Part shown: piece after piece, positions 41,571 through 55,393 of the stretch
Layout of the letters: each line of letters opens with the position of its first letter
Numbering within the stretch: position 1 is the first letter of the stretch
Origin: the human T2T-CHM13v2.0 reference genome, Homo sapiens
Length of the DNA stretch: 64,000 nt
Assembly: GCF_009914755.1 (NCBI RefSeq)
Contig: NC_060934.1
Reading direction: 5' to 3' (one strand)
Program-made: the position numbers and the translations under genes
The notes under the pieces: generated by a model
Databases searched by the model: none
What the model was told of the DNA's origin: nothing
The model's input: the letters and a program-made list of their open reading frames with translations, nothing else

Positions 41571-42539
41571 CCTTGTTTAAAGGTGTTATCATAAGAACAA
41601 ACAAGAGAATGTGTAATTAACAGGTTGAGGGATGCTTCATTGACAGTGATATTTTAGCTGATTACTGACTGATGTGTTGAAACTCAAAAGGGAAAAAGTG
41701 AACGGAGCAAAGGAGCCATAGGGGGAGAACGTTGTAAGTAGAAGTAAATGAGTGTGAGACCTGTAAAGTACCGGTATAGAGACTGCTCAGGAACTGCTAG
41801 CAGTTTCTGGTAACTGGCAGAATGGTTGGAAATGAGGTTGGTAAGATAGGCTAAATTCTGATTTGCCTTGAATGCTATGCAAAAACTGAGAGGCCACAGA
41901 GCCCATAGGCTTAGAAGCTTGTAATTCCAGAAGTGTGAATTGAATTATATGTTTGTTGTGTATTCCCTTATTTACACAATTTAATAGAGGCAGTGATATA
42001 CTGTCAGAATTAACTACTTGTAATTTGGTTTACAAAATAGGATTTTTGAGCATTTATATCGTTTTATATATATATCTGAGTTCCTGAAGATAACATCCTG
42101 ACACTTGATCCAAAAGGAAATGATAACTCTAACTATTAATAGATACTACAGTTTTTTTTTTAACTATTTATGTTTAAAGTAGTCATCTCTTTCTGTCTCC
42201 CAGCCTCTTTTCTGGTTTTGGAGTTTTTTTAAACACGTTGAAATCTTCTCTAGTCTGTCTTCTCTGACTTGTGTACCATATGCTTTTAGTTGAACCTCTT
42301 CACACAAACCTGGGAGGGTGTGCCTAGGCTGCCTCCTCTAAGTGTCTAGTTGCTCTCTGTGTTCTCCAATTCTGATTCATTTCCCTCTCCCTTTTAAGGT
42401 GGAAGCTGCTGCAGTTTGGATTTCTTCTTTCAGAAATCTGTGCTAGATTGATGAGAAAGGTTTTGCAAATTCTTAGGGTGGGTGAGAGGAGGAGAATTTG
42501 ATAACAACCCTCAAATACTGTGTTCCTCTTTTTTGTTAG

Positions 42540-42630
42540 GCTGCAGAACAAGCAAAAGCAAGCCCAGCTCTTGTAGCCAAGGATCCTGGTACTGTGGCTA
42601 ACAAAAAAGAAGAAGAAGATTTAGCAAAAG
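42540..42630 (+). CDS. STAM: STAM exon 6 (91 nt), AAEQAKASPALVAKDPGTVANKKEEEDLAK, start of UIM
   Basis: ttgttag|GCTGCA...GCAAAAG|gtgcgt. Confidence 0.97.
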
Positions 42631-42689
42631 GTGCGTTTTTAAGTCCCTGATGGTGGGAATAACATAAGCCTTTATTTTTTCTCTGAGAT

Positions 42690-43700
42690 ATTTAAAGGTA
42701 AAATAAATAGAACTTTATAGCAAAAAGCTGAAATCTGCTTTGTTGCCCTCCTCAGTATTCTTTGCTTTACTCTTGAGAGGCAATTACTGTCACATGTATC
42801 CTTTCAGTCTATGTTTTTATGACAGCTTTTTACCATACCGTGTATCCAAAAACAATATCAAGTGCTTTTTTGTGTCTAACAAATTTGTTTTTTGTAGATA
42901 GTACACGGGAAATGCCATTTGCCACTTGCTTTTCTCATGCAACATTATGTTTGAGATCTATTCGTGTGATATATCCATTAACTGTTCTATAATATCCAGT
43001 GTACTAATGAGTGTACCATATTTTTCTGTCTTCCTACTGATGGACCTGTGGATTATTTCTGATTTTTTTTTACTAAAATTAAGCTGCAGTGAGTATTCTT
43101 GTACATATTCTCTGTGCACATATATGTGACCGTCTCTATTATGTGTGACTAAAAGCAATATTGTTGGATCATGGCATTGGTACATCTTCAGTTTTGTTAA
43201 ATGGTTGTATGATTTCCTTTTCCATTGGCAGTGTATGAAAGCTATTATTATTAATCTGACAACACTTGGTAGTCTTAAAGAGTTTAACTTTCGTGAATCT
43301 GATAGGTTTAAAATGATGTCCTGTTATTTTAATTTTTATTTTTTTGATTGCTAGTGAGACTGAGTTCTTTTTTTGTATATTCACTGGTCATTATGTTTTT
43401 CTCTTGGGTAAATTGTCTTTTGTTAAATAAAATAATGATATGTACAAGTCTTTATTTGAAATATTAGTTTGTTATCTGTTGTAATTATTGTAGGTATCTA
43501 CTCCTGGTTTTTGACCTTAAATTTGATAATGGTGTATTTTATCAAGTAGAAATTTTAAGTTTTGAGAAGGCCAGAGTTGTTTGCTTTTTTATTATGATTT
43601 TTACTTTGTAATGGCTTTTGAAAAATATTGTTCCCTACCTCAAGGTCCTAAAAGATAGTTTTCTGTATTGACTTTTAGTAGCTTTAAAGTTTTGTTTTCG
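42690..43700 (-). mobile_element. L1ME-like fragment
   Basis: caacattatgtttgagatctattc, ctactgatggac, gttccctacctcaaggtc; approximate. Confidence 0.6.
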
Positions 43701-44365
43701 TATTGTTTCTTTTATTACTCTAAAACAAGAGCGGAAGAGCAGAAAGGGTTCTGTGTTGAATTGAAAGCAGGATAATCAATGCACTGATATTACATTTCAG
43801 AGCCTGAGTGACATATGGTGATGGTCTGCACTTGGGAAGTAGTGGTGGAGATAGAGACACGTTTGAGATCTATTTTGGAGGATTTGTTAGGTTGAGTCTT
43901 TAGACTGGTAAGAATTACCCTTGGAGCAATAAAATCTCGATTCTCCAAGATTGCCTTTAAGGCTTTGATTTATTAAGTCTGCAGTGAAGCTTGATATTCT
44001 TGACTTTCCAGGCAGTTTTGATGATTATTTTGAAAAAAAGGTCAAGGAAAATATCTGCAGCTAAAAAAGAAAAGTAGATTTAAGAGTTTGTATTTTTTAT
44101 TACCCAGAATAATTTACATTGTATTTGTTCAGTAAAAATAGGAGTTTTCATGCTGTTCCAATTTTGTTAATTTATTTTTAAACTTTCAGTTATGAATGAA
44201 TGAATAAACTGACAAAATGATTTTTGTTCAATGTATCAGGATATGTTCTAGTTTCTAACTATACTATTGAAGGAAGAATACCTTTTATCTTGATGTCTTT
44301 TTCTACTTCTTCAGACTGTTGGATATAATAACATTTTGGGTCTTTAAAAACTCATTGTTTTCTAG

Positions 44366-44558
44366 CCATTGAGTTGTCTCTCAAGGAACAAAGGCAGCAG
44401 TCAACCACCCTTTCCACTTTGTATCCAAGCACATCCAGTCTCTTAACTAACCACCAACATGAAGGCCGAAAAGTTCGTGCTATATATGACTTTGAAGCTG
44501 CTGAAGACAATGAACTTACTTTTAAAGCTGGAGAAATTATTACAGTTCTTGATGACAG
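44366..44558 (+). CDS. STAM: STAM exon 7 (193 nt), AIELSLKEQ...EIITVLDD, end of UIM and start of SH3
   Basis: ttctag|CCATTG...GACAG|gtaatg; ORF 44374..44562 carries the SH3 AIYDF motif. Confidence 0.98.
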
Positions 44559-45162
44559 GTAATGTTAATATTACATTTAAAATTTGTATGAAAGTGTGTA
44601 TGGCTTCTGTGTTTCATATTATTCCTGTTGATTGCAGTTACCAAATACAATAATAAATATTGACCCAGATGCTGCTCTATATGACAGTTGGCTGATTTGC
44701 TTGTGTTATACTGGGTGGATTCTTATTTTGTTGTTTAATTTTTTTCTTATTTATTACTTAGTTTATAATTTGTTTTGGAGGCCTAGTTTAATCTATTCAT
44801 TTTCGGTTCCACCTAATAATATAGATGGTTACATTATTTAAAAGGTTACAGTTTTAGAAAAACACTGAGTATGTATATGTACTTAATGCAATTTGTAAGA
44901 AATATATAATCTATTGAGTTTTTTTTACACAGAACAGTATAGCCATAGGGAACAAATTTATTTTGTATGGAATTACAGATTTATTCAGGAGGTGATACAG
45001 TGCATCAGTTTATTTTTTTACTATAGCTTTGTGATGTTTTACTTGAAAATGAATTGTTACTGATGCTTGTTACTGATAATGAAGTATTAAAATTTGCAGG
45101 TGTTTTTTAAAAATCAGTTCAAATTGATTTAAAGTTCTTCCTGTAGTGTCTCTCTTACTTAC

Positions 45163-45472
45163 TGCCTTAGTCCATTTGGGCTGCCGTAACAAACTACCGT
45201 AGACTAACTGGTTTATAAACAACAGGAATTTATTTCTCACAGACAGATTGACTGTGTGTTGAAGGCCCACTTTCTGGTTTGTAGAAGGCTGTCATTTTGC
45301 TGTGTCCTCCCATGGCAGCAGGGGCAAATGAGCCCTCTGGGGTCTCTTTTATAAGGTCGCTAATCTCATTCATGACTTAATCGCTTTCCAAAGTCCCCAC
45401 CTTCTGATACCATTGCTTTGGGGGTTAGGATTTCAACCTGTGAATTTTGGGAAGACACAAACATTCAGACAT
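45163..45472 (-). mobile_element. MaLR LTR (MST/MLT1A-like)
   Basis: ttagtccatttgggctgc...aggaatttatttctcacag...gacacaaacattcagac. Confidence 0.8.
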
Positions 45473-46091
45473 ATTTTAACATTTTTTTTTTTTTGAGTGG
45501 AAGAAAATAAAGTTTGAGCTGGTTAGCTGGAAATTGCCCAAAACCTTACGTCTGTTCTTTCAAAAACATGTATTGAGTGCTTGCTAGCTTTCCATATACT
45601 AGAGTTTACACCTAGGAGTGTACTCTTTGCGAATGTTTTGCACTGTGAACAGTGTCATCTTTGACATTCGTTCTGTTGGGAGAAAAAAAAAACCTTGCTG
45701 CTGTGTACCAGAAAGAGCAATGATTTAGGAATGGAGACTGAAAATAAGAGCCTGTCTTTATAGCTCATTACAAAGACTTCTTACTCTGGAGCCTGTGAAC
45801 CGTCTGAAGCTGACAATTTTTTCGTATTGGTGCCTCTTTTTTTGGGAGAGAGTCCATAACTGCAGAGCATGCATTGGCAGTCAAGAAGATAAACAACTGT
45901 GTGTTGAATAGCTTCTTACCTTTTCTGAGGCTTCTTCTTCTTTCGTAATAAAGGAAGATTCATTGGCTTTTTCAGTGGGTTATTGTGAGATTCAAATTTT
46001 GTAATAGTGTAAGTTGAATACTACAAAAGATAAAGATGTACAGAAATAAATACATTTGTTATGGTAAAGCATTGTTTTTTGTTTGTCATAG

Positions 46092-46186
46092 TGATCCTAA
46101 CTGGTGGAAAGGTGAAACCCATCAAGGCATAGGGTTATTTCCTTCTAATTTTGTGACTGCAGATCTCACTGCTGAACCAGAAATGA
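46092..46186 (+). CDS. STAM: STAM exon 8 (95 nt), SDPNWWKGETHQGIGLFPSNFVTADLTAEPEM, end of SH3
   Basis: tcatag|TGATCC...AATGA|gtaagt; SH3 WWKG and GLFPSNFV motifs. Confidence 0.97.
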
Positions 46187-46271
46187 GTAAGTATTTTCCA
46201 GCCTGCCAATAAATGATGTTTTCTAATCCTTTTCTTAATGGAAGTTGAGTAAACTGAACTTTTTAGAGCAG

Positions 46272-46546
46272 TGTTGCCCAGGCTGGAGTGCAGTGGTGCG
46301 AGCTCGGATCATTGCAACCTCCGCCTCCTGGGTTCAGGTGATTCTCCTGCCTCAGCCTCCTGAGTAGCTGGGATTACAGGCACCCGCCGCCATGTCCAGC
46401 TGTTTTTGTGTGTGTATGTATTTTTAGTAGAGACAGGGTTTCACCATGTTGGCCAGGCTGGTCTTGAACTCCTGACCTCAGGTGATCCACCCGCCTCAGT
46501 CTCCCAAAGTGGTGGGATTACAGGCGTGAGCCATCGCACCTGGCCT
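46272..46546 (-). mobile_element. AluSx-like lacking its A tail
   Basis: Begins abruptly at tgttgcccaggctggag about 85 nt after exon 8. Confidence 0.92.
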
Positions 46547-49511
46547 AACTTTTCTTTTTCATATGTATCTATGTAGAGGTCATTGTAAAAATGCAAATTC
46601 ATTAAGAAGTCTTACAGAATTTATACATTATATATTTTTCTTACCAGTTGATTACAGTGTGACAAGTACAGTATAACCTCAGGGAGGATTTTTCTTGTTC
46701 AAAGGTTGGGACCGTTTCTCTAGAGTGTAGTCCCAGACTTGAAAGCAGTGTTCTCCAAGCAACATGTCAGATATTCAGAAGGAGCCATTTTTACTAATCA
46801 TATAAAAGTTTTTTGTTTGATTTACAAACCCTGCTGAGTAGGATAATAAACTAGAAAGTGGGGCCGTGGAGAAAAAGTGATACTAGTGGCAGGCTTAACA
46901 GTTTCAGGAGACATAGCTACATAGTCGGTCAAAGTAGTGAGAGACAGTTTACTATATTTCTACATAATATTGTGCTTTAATGAATCTTCATAATGATGAG
47001 TTTAGTCATCAAGCAAAGTTTAAGTCATAATCTCCCCTCTATTTAGGAAAACAGAAAAATATGTTCAAATCTAGAAAGATTTGTATTTGTAATAAAATAT
47101 TTAAAATTTTTAAAGAGCTTATATGTATAGGTTGATATGCTACAGTTATTTGGCAAAATATCTCATTATCGTTTTTTAATGCTAGATAGAAGGGATCAAA
47201 GAAAATTACAAACCACAAGATGCTTAGGTGTTTTTTAGTTTATAAGAATTTTAAGAAAAAAAATCTTTGTCCTGGTCATCTTTTTATTTCCAGCAGCTCC
47301 TAATAGTGAGTCTTATAATACATACTACATATTTATAGAATAAATGATACAGAAATATATATGTTAACAATAAAGAGATACTTCACTTCTCTTTCAAGAG
47401 AAGGCTTGAACAGCAAACCAGAAATTACAGATCTTTAAGAAAATGGTGCGCTCTCATAGTTATTGCCAGGGTGTCTGGTGTCATTTTTATAGAGACAGAT
47501 TGGTGAGACCCAGTCTTTCAATGATGTTTTCTATGTCTGTGAGAATTCAAAAACATGTCAACCTTGTTTAAATGGCATTGCGTAGTGTGCTGACTTTTTA
47601 ATAACCTGGGCTGGTAATGATGTTTTGTTTGTTTTTGGACTATTTTTTTGTCCTGAATCAGTTCCTGGAGAGGATAGAATTGCTTGGAGTTCTGTTCAAG
47701 ATAAGGTCAAGGATCTCATGTAGATCCTGGAGTCATTTCATCTTTTTTTTTTTTTAAGTCATATAGCAATGCAGCTTCAATATGAGTTTTCTAGTTTTTC
47801 TCATGTTTTTCACTCTGGACGATCTAAAAGAGAAACTGAAGCATCAGAGCCTATGTAGTGGGGTTGTAGTTCTCAAGCGTGGAGAACAGGTGCAGGTGCT
47901 AGCATGATCCCCAGAGCATCATTCTTTTGAGGAAATAGAAGTCTATTTCACTTAGCCTGTCAAAGAGAAATAGCTGCCCTATTTAGCTTGCTTTTGGTTT
48001 GGAGATACAGTAAAATATTGTGAAATCCCTTTGTTATATATTGTATATAAATAATATATTTTTTTACACACACATAGTATTAGTTCCTGTGAGAAAAGGG
48101 GTTGCAAACTTGCGCGTCAAGAGCTGTTAGAATATGAAGTCTGCCATGTTTTTCTTATGGGTAATGGCCAATGCAGTGCTATCCCAGCTTTCTACTTGTA
48201 ATAGCTCAAGATATAAAAAGCAAAATGTCTGCAGCAGATGTTTGTTTTCCTTTATAGGAAAATGAATCAGCTGTAGAATTTTGCTTTTGGTGACTTGAAT
48301 GGAATGATTATATTTCTTAGGTTGGAAATTAAGCTATTTCTGTGTTATACAGAAGCACACAACACGGAGTACCCAAGTGATTGGACTTCATGTTCTCGGG
48401 GTAAAATCACTGGCACAGGCCAGATTTCAGTAGTATGGGCTAGTAGAGCAAGATAGATTGGCATTCAAATCCAGGCTTTGTCATTTATTAGCTTTCTCTT
48501 TTACAAAAGTTTTTAATCTTTCCAAACTACCTTATTTATAAAAAGGGCATATCTCATAAGATTGGGAGATTCATTGGAGGAAATGTAATATTCCATCAAG
48601 CATATTCAATAGTTTAATAAACATTATTTCCCTTCCTTAAATTGCCCCCTCCTGTCTTCCTTTCCATCATGATTCTTAATATTTTTATGAATTGATTGAC
48701 CACATTGATGCAAGGATTAAAAATATAGAAAGGAAGTTTGTTTAGTAGAGTTGTATATGCCTTTCAGTAGTATTTGGAGGTTGTTATATAGCTACTGTTA
48801 TGTTAAATCGTTTTTAAAGATTGCTTTGGTGAGTAGGAGAAATCTGTGCTTCTGGCCAATGAATTGTTGATCCCTCAATGACCACTTTTTAATGTCAAAT
48901 GATAATATTATATAACTAGAAAATACAGGCTGATTTGTTGGAAGACTGAGACCCCTGTCAAGGCCACCTGCAAAGTTCTCCACTGGCATGGACGGCGCTC
49001 TCTAAACGCCTACGTGGCACGCCAGATAATACATAGCTGATTTTCCCATTCATTACATTGGAGTAGTGTGGATTTTCTGTCAAACCAGATTTTTTTTTTC
49101 TACCAAATGAGATTTTTTCTTGAAGGATTAGTAATTTAAAAAGAGGGTTTATTTTAAATTGCAGAATTCACTTAGGCCATTGTAAAACTTTGCTTTTGTC
49201 CTCCAGCTTACTAAACTCTGATGTGTAGTAGGTGATTAACCTTTTTTCAGAAATACAACTCTTATTATTAGTGAAATCTCTTTTTATGGAAACTGTAAAA
49301 TGTTTACAAGAGAAAATTAAGAAATCCAATTTCATAAAGTAATGTTGTGTTATTACTGCCAAAATCTGCAACTCAGTTATTTCTTAAATTGCGCCTTTTA
49401 GCTTGCTGGGAGTATAAGAAAAATCCCCAAATCTCTCTTGGAAGTTAAAGTGCTTTAAAGTAGAATTTTAAATGTATTATTAAAAAAAGATAACTTTTAC
49501 ATATCTTACAG

Positions 49512-49600
49512 TTAAAACAGAGAAGAAGACGGTACAATTTAGTGATGATGTTCAGGTAGAGACAATAGAACCAGAGCCGGAACCAGCCTTTATTGATGAA
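49512..49600 (+). CDS. STAM: STAM exon 9 (89 nt), IKTEKKTVQFSDDVQVETIEPEPEPAFIDE
   Basis: ttacag|TTAAAA...GATGAA|gtaagt. Confidence 0.96.
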
Positions 49601-50743
49601 GTAAGTGGTTTCCATGGTGATAGGAGTTGGTACTTTGTATTGAAATTTAAATGGTTTTGCTTTAAGAAAAAATTGATTACTTGAGTTTTTTTGTTGTAAA
49701 AATTTTTGTATTTTTTTATAAAAATTCAAGCAATATAGACGATGCAGACTGTTTTTTGAAACTTCCTCTCCAGTCCTTTGTTTGCCGTGCCAGAGCCTCA
49801 TTATTTTAAATTCCTGCTGAATATTCTGTAGAGTGGCCTTACCATGATTTATTTAATCTATTGTTGAATGCCTAGGTTGTTTACAGTTTTTACAGTGTAG
49901 TAGTGAGATTTTTTTTTTTTTTTGAACATCTATCTTTGTGTTTCTTTAGGGTAGATATTCAGGAGTGAAACTATTGAGTTGAAGGATTTGTGTGTTTTCC
50001 ATGTTAATAGATAATGTCAAATTGTTGAGCAAAACAAGTTTTTACACTCGTATTCATATCATGCGAGAACTCCTGTTTCCCAGCATACTCAACAAGGATA
50101 TTAAGATTGTTTGCACATGACTGAGGAAGGGACACTCATTGACTATCTATTGAAACAAATAAATTACTGTTGTAAAAATAAAATTGTCATTAAATTACTT
50201 CTACATAAATCATTGCATAAAAGCAGTGCTAATATATTGAATATCATTGGAGATGATTCATGATTCCTCCTTGTGTTGAACACTTTCTAGTATTTGAGGA
50301 AAAGCTTACGCTAATTTTATATTAAATGTCTTCATATGTCATTGTCACACCTGAAACAATGTATATTTTTAGTAATTATGCTCAAAAATATAATATCAAC
50401 TTGGTGACACACCATACTTTTTGGAGCCACATAATGGTACCCAAATTGGTATTATTGGGATTTAAATTTGAGATTTCTTGAATTAAGTTAATCACTCCTA
50501 TTTAGTTAAGTTTTATAGAAATATCTGCTGTTACTGCATATAAAGAAAAGATTAAAACTGGCTACCTTTTTCATCTTTAAGCGTGTTTATGAAAAAATAA
50601 AAAGTATGTTTGTGGTTGTCTTTTTCTACTCAAACTTATTACCATGTTTTAAAAATAACATTAACAACTGTTGAGTTAATAATACATTAAATTATGCAAC
50701 TAGCAAACCATTAAGGATTTTTGAAGTGTCACATTGTATAGAT

Positions 50744-50939
50744 CAGGAGTTGGCAAACTCTTAGGCCAAATTTAGCCTGTTGCCTGTTTATTGGAACACA
50801 GATAAATTTGTTTATATATTGTTTGGCTGCTTTTGTGCTGCAGTGGAAGAATTGAGTAGTAGCAACAGAGATCATATGGCCTGCAAAGCCTGAAATATTT
50901 ACTGGCGGGCCATTACAGAAAAAGTTTGCTTGGCCCTTG
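50744..50939. mobile_element. MER58A (hAT-Charlie)
   Basis: TIRs caggagttggcaaact / agtttgcttggcccttg; 8-bp TSD gtatagat / gtatggat. Confidence 0.85.
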
Positions 50940-52047
50940 GTATGGATAATTTAAAGAGAATCTTTTCCGATCCTCAGTTACCATAGCATTCTTTCCTAAA
51001 ATTGATCTGCCCGAGAACATTCTCTCCTACCATTTTCGTTTTTACCCCCCTCCTCTCCCTTTTCAATTCTTCTCTCCAACTTTACGGAAGAAAGGCTTAC
51101 CGCTTGCCCGTAGTGAAGATTACTGTGGTACATTGCCTCAGAGTATAAGAATTACCAGGGATGATTTCATATACTGGTTTTGGTATTAAGAAAGTCATGG
51201 CTCTAATGACTAGTTAACAGCTGAGATGGTTCCATATTTTTTGTTTTTAAAAAATAGGACCAAAATGAATTTTCAGCTAGTAGATCATTAAAAATAATTT
51301 TTAATGACAGACCACTGTCATTCCATTCCATCTTTCAGAAGATACCGAAAGAACTTAATGAAATTGCTATAATAGCTTGATTATATGAACAAAATTTCTC
51401 CTCACTTTCAACTATAAAAACAAAAAATAGGAATAGAACTGGTGCTGAATCCTGGCTCATTTTACTTTTCAAAACTTGAAATATAGTTAATGTTGTTTTG
51501 ACCCTTTGCATATTAATAATAATAATCATTACCTTATACATATGAATGAATCTAATACTGAGAGTATTATCAGTTTACATACTTTTAGTGCAAAGAAATC
51601 CCATATGGTCATCGGTAGAAAACTTTCAAGTATATTAGGATAAAATTTTGGAGGGGAAATTGAGTAGAAATATGATAAGTTCAAGGAAAAAAACAATTTG
51701 AAATACATGACAGAGACTGTTGTTTGAATGGTAATGGTGAGTGCAGATTGCTGTGGTGTTTAAATTCCTTTGGCTATATTTAAAGGAATTTTTGACTATT
51801 TTATTTTAAAATGTCAACACTTAATGTCCTGGGAATCTTATCCTTTGTAACATTTTAAATGTATAAGAAATGAGATGTTATCTTTGAAATATGTGAAGGG
51901 GTTTATGGGCTTTTAGCAATCTTTTATGGGAGGCAGAAACAAAATTTGAAGAGCGAAACAGACTGTGGAAGACTGTGCTAAGGGCAAGGAATCCACCTGG
52001 GCTAGGAGAAGTGATGTTTGGCTGATTGCATTATATAAGAAAATGCT

Positions 52048-52328
52048 GGCCAGGCGCAGTGGCTCTCGCCTGTAATCCCAGCACTTCGGGAGGCCGAGGC
52101 GGGCGGATCACGAGGTCAGGACATTGAGACCATCCTGGCCAACATGGTGAAACCCCGTCTCTACTAAAAATACAAAGATTCGCTGGACGTGGTGGTGTGC
52201 GCTTGTAATCCTAGCTACTTGGGAGGCTGAGGCAGGAGAATCGCTTGAATCTGGGAGGCGGAAGGTCGTAGTGAGCCAAGATCATGCCACTGCACTCCAG
52301 CCTGGGAGACAGAGTAAGACTCCATCTC

Positions 52329-52355
<27 letters not shown>
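52048..52355 (+). mobile_element. AluSc/Sg-like
   Basis: Full dimer; TSD aagaaaat(g/a)ct. Confidence 0.94.
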
Positions 52356-52359
<4 letters not shown>

Positions 52360-53403
52360 TACTTGCAGAAGCAGACTAATCATCTATGTAGAAACCCTAC
52401 TTCTTTGACACTAAATAATTTTAAATATTGTATAGTATTCTGTAAGCAAACAAAACGGAAACCATCTGTGTGTTAATGGACTCTCACTTTCATTTGACCT
52501 TTTTTTGTGTGTGGTAGGCAAACTTTCTTGACATGTGCTTTTGTTTTTTAAGACTGCTTAAAATGAAAATTGTGAATAATTTACATTGAAAATTGGTATC
52601 CATTTCAAAAAAACAGAATTATTTTGACTTGGGAAGAGTTTTTTTTTTTTTTAGCATACTTATGTCACTTTCACTCTCTGATGATTAATTCGTTTCTCAA
52701 GCTATTTTCCTTTTACACAGAACATAGTTTTTAAATTTTAAATAATTACTTTGCTTAGGATTAGTAGTCTTTATTTGCCCTGCGTACCTATATATAGTAG
52801 CATAACCATGTAAAAACCATGCATGGAGAAAGGTTTGTAATTATTTTAGTAGTGGTCATGGTAAAGTAGATCTGTTTGGATTTTTTAAAAAACATTAATA
52901 AATATATACTTATATATCGTATAGATGTGTGTATGTAATAATGGTTTCATTCATTCCATTGGTCTGTACAACAAAAGATTCTGAAATAGATCTGTGTCAC
53001 TGGTTTGAGGTACCTTCCAGCCTCTCCCAAATAGGAAAATAGAGAAACCACTAGTCTTCCTCCTTCCTTTTATGACCAACTGAAACACTGGTAGAAAGAA
53101 AATGTGGAATAAACCCTAAGAGTCCCACTTAGAAGAGCAGCTGTGATACAGCTGAGCTCTGCCTTACTGAAACAGCTGCTGTATTCACCATGGGCAAGTA
53201 GGAATGACAAGTTGTTAGTCATAAGCAATGCCATCTTGAGATGGATAGTACACTTGTTGGCATGGCTAAGCTAAAGCTGCTCCGAAACAAAGCAAAATCC
53301 TCTAGCATGACATAAGAGGTGGAAGAACTCACGCATTGTAAGTTTAAATGTGGCTTGATTTCTTCTCGCTTAAGAGAATCTCTGTTAGCAGTTGGTTGGT
53401 TGG

Positions 53404-53531
53404 TTTATTTATTTATTTAAACAGGGTCTTGCACTGTTGTCCAGACTGAAGTGCAGTGGCGAGATCATAGCTCACTGCAGCCTTGACCTCCTGGGCTCAA
53501 GTGATTCTCCCACCTCAGCCTCCTGAGCAGT
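53404..53531 (-). mobile_element. AluJ right-arm fragment
   Basis: acagggtcttgcactg...gatcatagctcactgcagcc...cctcagcctcctgag. Confidence 0.85.
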
Positions 53532-53737
53532 TTCAAAAATATATAGGAAGTACTTTCAAGGCTCTGACTTCATGCAGTACTAGAGAGAATAAATACATGG
53601 GACACTGAAAACATAAAAGCAAAATTGGAGTCTCCATAACTATGAATTTCAAAAGTTTGTCTAGTTGATAATAAAGTGAAAACATAAAGTTGCCTAAAGG
53701 TTGGTAGCTTTTTATATTAACTACTTAATTCCTGTAG

Positions 53738-53825
53738 GATAAAATGGACCAGTTGCTACAGATGCTGCAAAGTACAGACCCCAGTGATGATCAGCCAGAC
53801 CTACCAGAGCTGCTTCATCTTGAAG
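53738..53825 (+). CDS. STAM: STAM exon 10 (88 nt), DKMDQLLQMLQSTDPSDDQPDLPELLHLE, GAT/HRS-binding region
   Basis: ctgtag|GATAAA...TGAAG|gtaaaa. Confidence 0.97.
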
Positions 53826-54276
53826 GTAAAACTTTTCTATTTACCTTGCAAATAAAGAGTAGTTAGAGGTTAATAACTGGTGTCCTGTTAAAGAATGGGT
53901 TTTGAGGATAATATTAAACATGGAACATTTCTCACTTCTCCTTGACCCAGGCTCACTCTCATATGCAGTTGAAACCTTGGGTAGAATTTGAATTCTTATA
54001 ATTTTCTATCCAAACGAAGTGTTCTGTTCAACATTTTAGAACCTGGTAAAATGAAAAATGGCACTTTAAGATTTTCAGATTAATATTTTAGATTAAGTTG
54101 TCACCATTATACTTTAAGAAAATCAATTTTGGGTTCTGTAGACTAAGGTTAAAGAATGTATATTTTTATTACTCCAAATTAAATCTTTTATTCCTTAAAT
54201 TATACAAATATCTATCAAAGGTTCACATTTTTTTTTCTTGTACTTTCTTATATTTCTTCACATCTTGTCATTTTAG

Positions 54277-54331
54277 CAATGTGTCACCAGATGGGACCTC
54301 TCATTGATGAAAAGCTGGAAGATATTGATAG
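54277..54331 (+). CDS. STAM: STAM exon 11 (55 nt), AMCHQMGPLIDEKLEDID
   Basis: ttttag|CAATGT...GATAG|gtaaaa. Confidence 0.97.
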
Positions 54332-54895
54332 GTAAAAGAACATGGGTGCATTTATGTTGTCTACCTTCTTTCCTGAAGCTATCACTGTACTGCAAAGTGG
54401 GCTATAACTGCCTTTTAAAAAAAAAAATATTGTGGAGGAACCAACTCTCATTCACATATCTTGTGCTAGATGTGGAGAATTAGACTCATTTGTCCTTTTT
54501 TTTAAAGTGAGGATTTGATCGACCTTTGCAATATAGTCAAAAGGACCAGCGTAGATAGGTCGTTTTAAAAACAAGGGCTAGCTGTGTAATTCTCTTTGCT
54601 GAAGTGGCATTACCAGAGCTCACAAATGACCCATATGTTAGTAACTAGGGAAACCAAGATATTTCTGGTACAGTCAGGTACGATAAGACGGAGTTCCCTT
54701 AGCACAGCACGTAAACCTTAAACAGTTTGGGTTGCTTCAGGGCTAAAATGCAGGATATTTTTGTTATAAGTGAAATTTTTAATAATGTCTACTAGTACTA
54801 CTTTTTGCTATTTTTGATATTTTGATGTATCATTATTTAGAGCATTATATCATTTTAGTAACAGCTATGCTTCAAATTATTGTGTCATGTTTCAG

Positions 54896-55049
54896 AAAAC
54901 ATTCAGAACTCTCAGAACTTAATGTGAAAGTGATGGAGGCCCTTTCCTTATATACCAAGTTAATGAACGAAGATCCGATGTATTCCATGTATGCAAAGTT
55001 ACAGAATCAGCCATATTATATGCAGTCATCTGGTGTTTCTGGTTCTCAG
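54896..55049 (+). CDS. STAM: STAM exon 12 (154 nt), [36 protein letters not shown]...SGSQ, coiled coil and ITAM-like motif
   Basis: ttcag|AAAACA...TCTCAG|gtaagc; YTKL...YAKL; lies within ORF 54822..55061. Confidence 0.97.
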
Positions 55050-55086
55050 GTAAGCTTTTAGAAGCCCATGTTGTTTTAAATTCTCA

Positions 55087-55393
<307 letters not shown>

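Noticed and set aside
48979-49000. REST- or CTCF-like motif (catggacggcgct)
   Set aside because: Only a half-site matches; too many mismatches to call as a feature.
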